A stretch of DNA of 64,000 nt, taken from Callorhinchus milii (Eukaryota). The position numbers and the translations under genes were made by a program. Of this stretch, positions 63,997 through 64,000 are shown piece by piece; the first letter of the stretch is position 1, and each line of letters starts with the position of its first letter. Location of the stretch: positions 4,032,001 to 4,096,000 of the forward strand of contig NW_024704742.1 in assembly GCF_018977255.1 (NCBI RefSeq), written 5' to 3'. Below the pieces are notes generated by a model. It ran no database searches and was not told where the DNA came from. It was given only the letters and a program-made list of their open reading frames with translations.

Positions 63997-64000
63997 TTTG

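Noticed and set aside
1..64000. A novel multi-gene or prokaryote-type system (defence island, intact retroelement, endogenous virus)
   Set aside because: All credible coding sequence belongs to four known vertebrate genes; retroelement ORFs are short, frame-shifted fragments.

Overview
Eukaryotic (vertebrate) genomic DNA with spliced genes. The repeat content (tRNA/Deu-type SINEs with L2 tails, CR1, L2, Penelope-like fragments) suggests a cartilaginous fish, possibly a chimaera; this is an inference. It carries a four-gene block with the same order and orientation as human 9p13: FBXO10 (+, 10 coding exons, ~967 aa, C-terminal CaaX CTIL), POLR1E/PAF53 (-, 12 exons, 418 aa), ZBTB5 (+, single coding exon, 683 aa) and the last five exons of GRHPR (-). 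All exons were traced by hand with consistent splice phases. Most long ORFs in the supplied track are artefacts of stop-free minisatellites or decayed LINE ORF2. I found no convincing new multi-gene system. The best second-look items are: a U12 minor-spliceosome intron in POLR1E; a minisatellite of CTCF-like/GC-box motifs directly upstream of the POLR1E ATG; a duplicated in-frame splice donor in GRHPR; a direct-repeat-flanked Penelope-type hammerhead ribozyme core downstream of the FBXO10 stop; a CpG-rich structured repeat in the ZBTB5 3' region; and a SINE inserted in inverted orientation into a related SINE.
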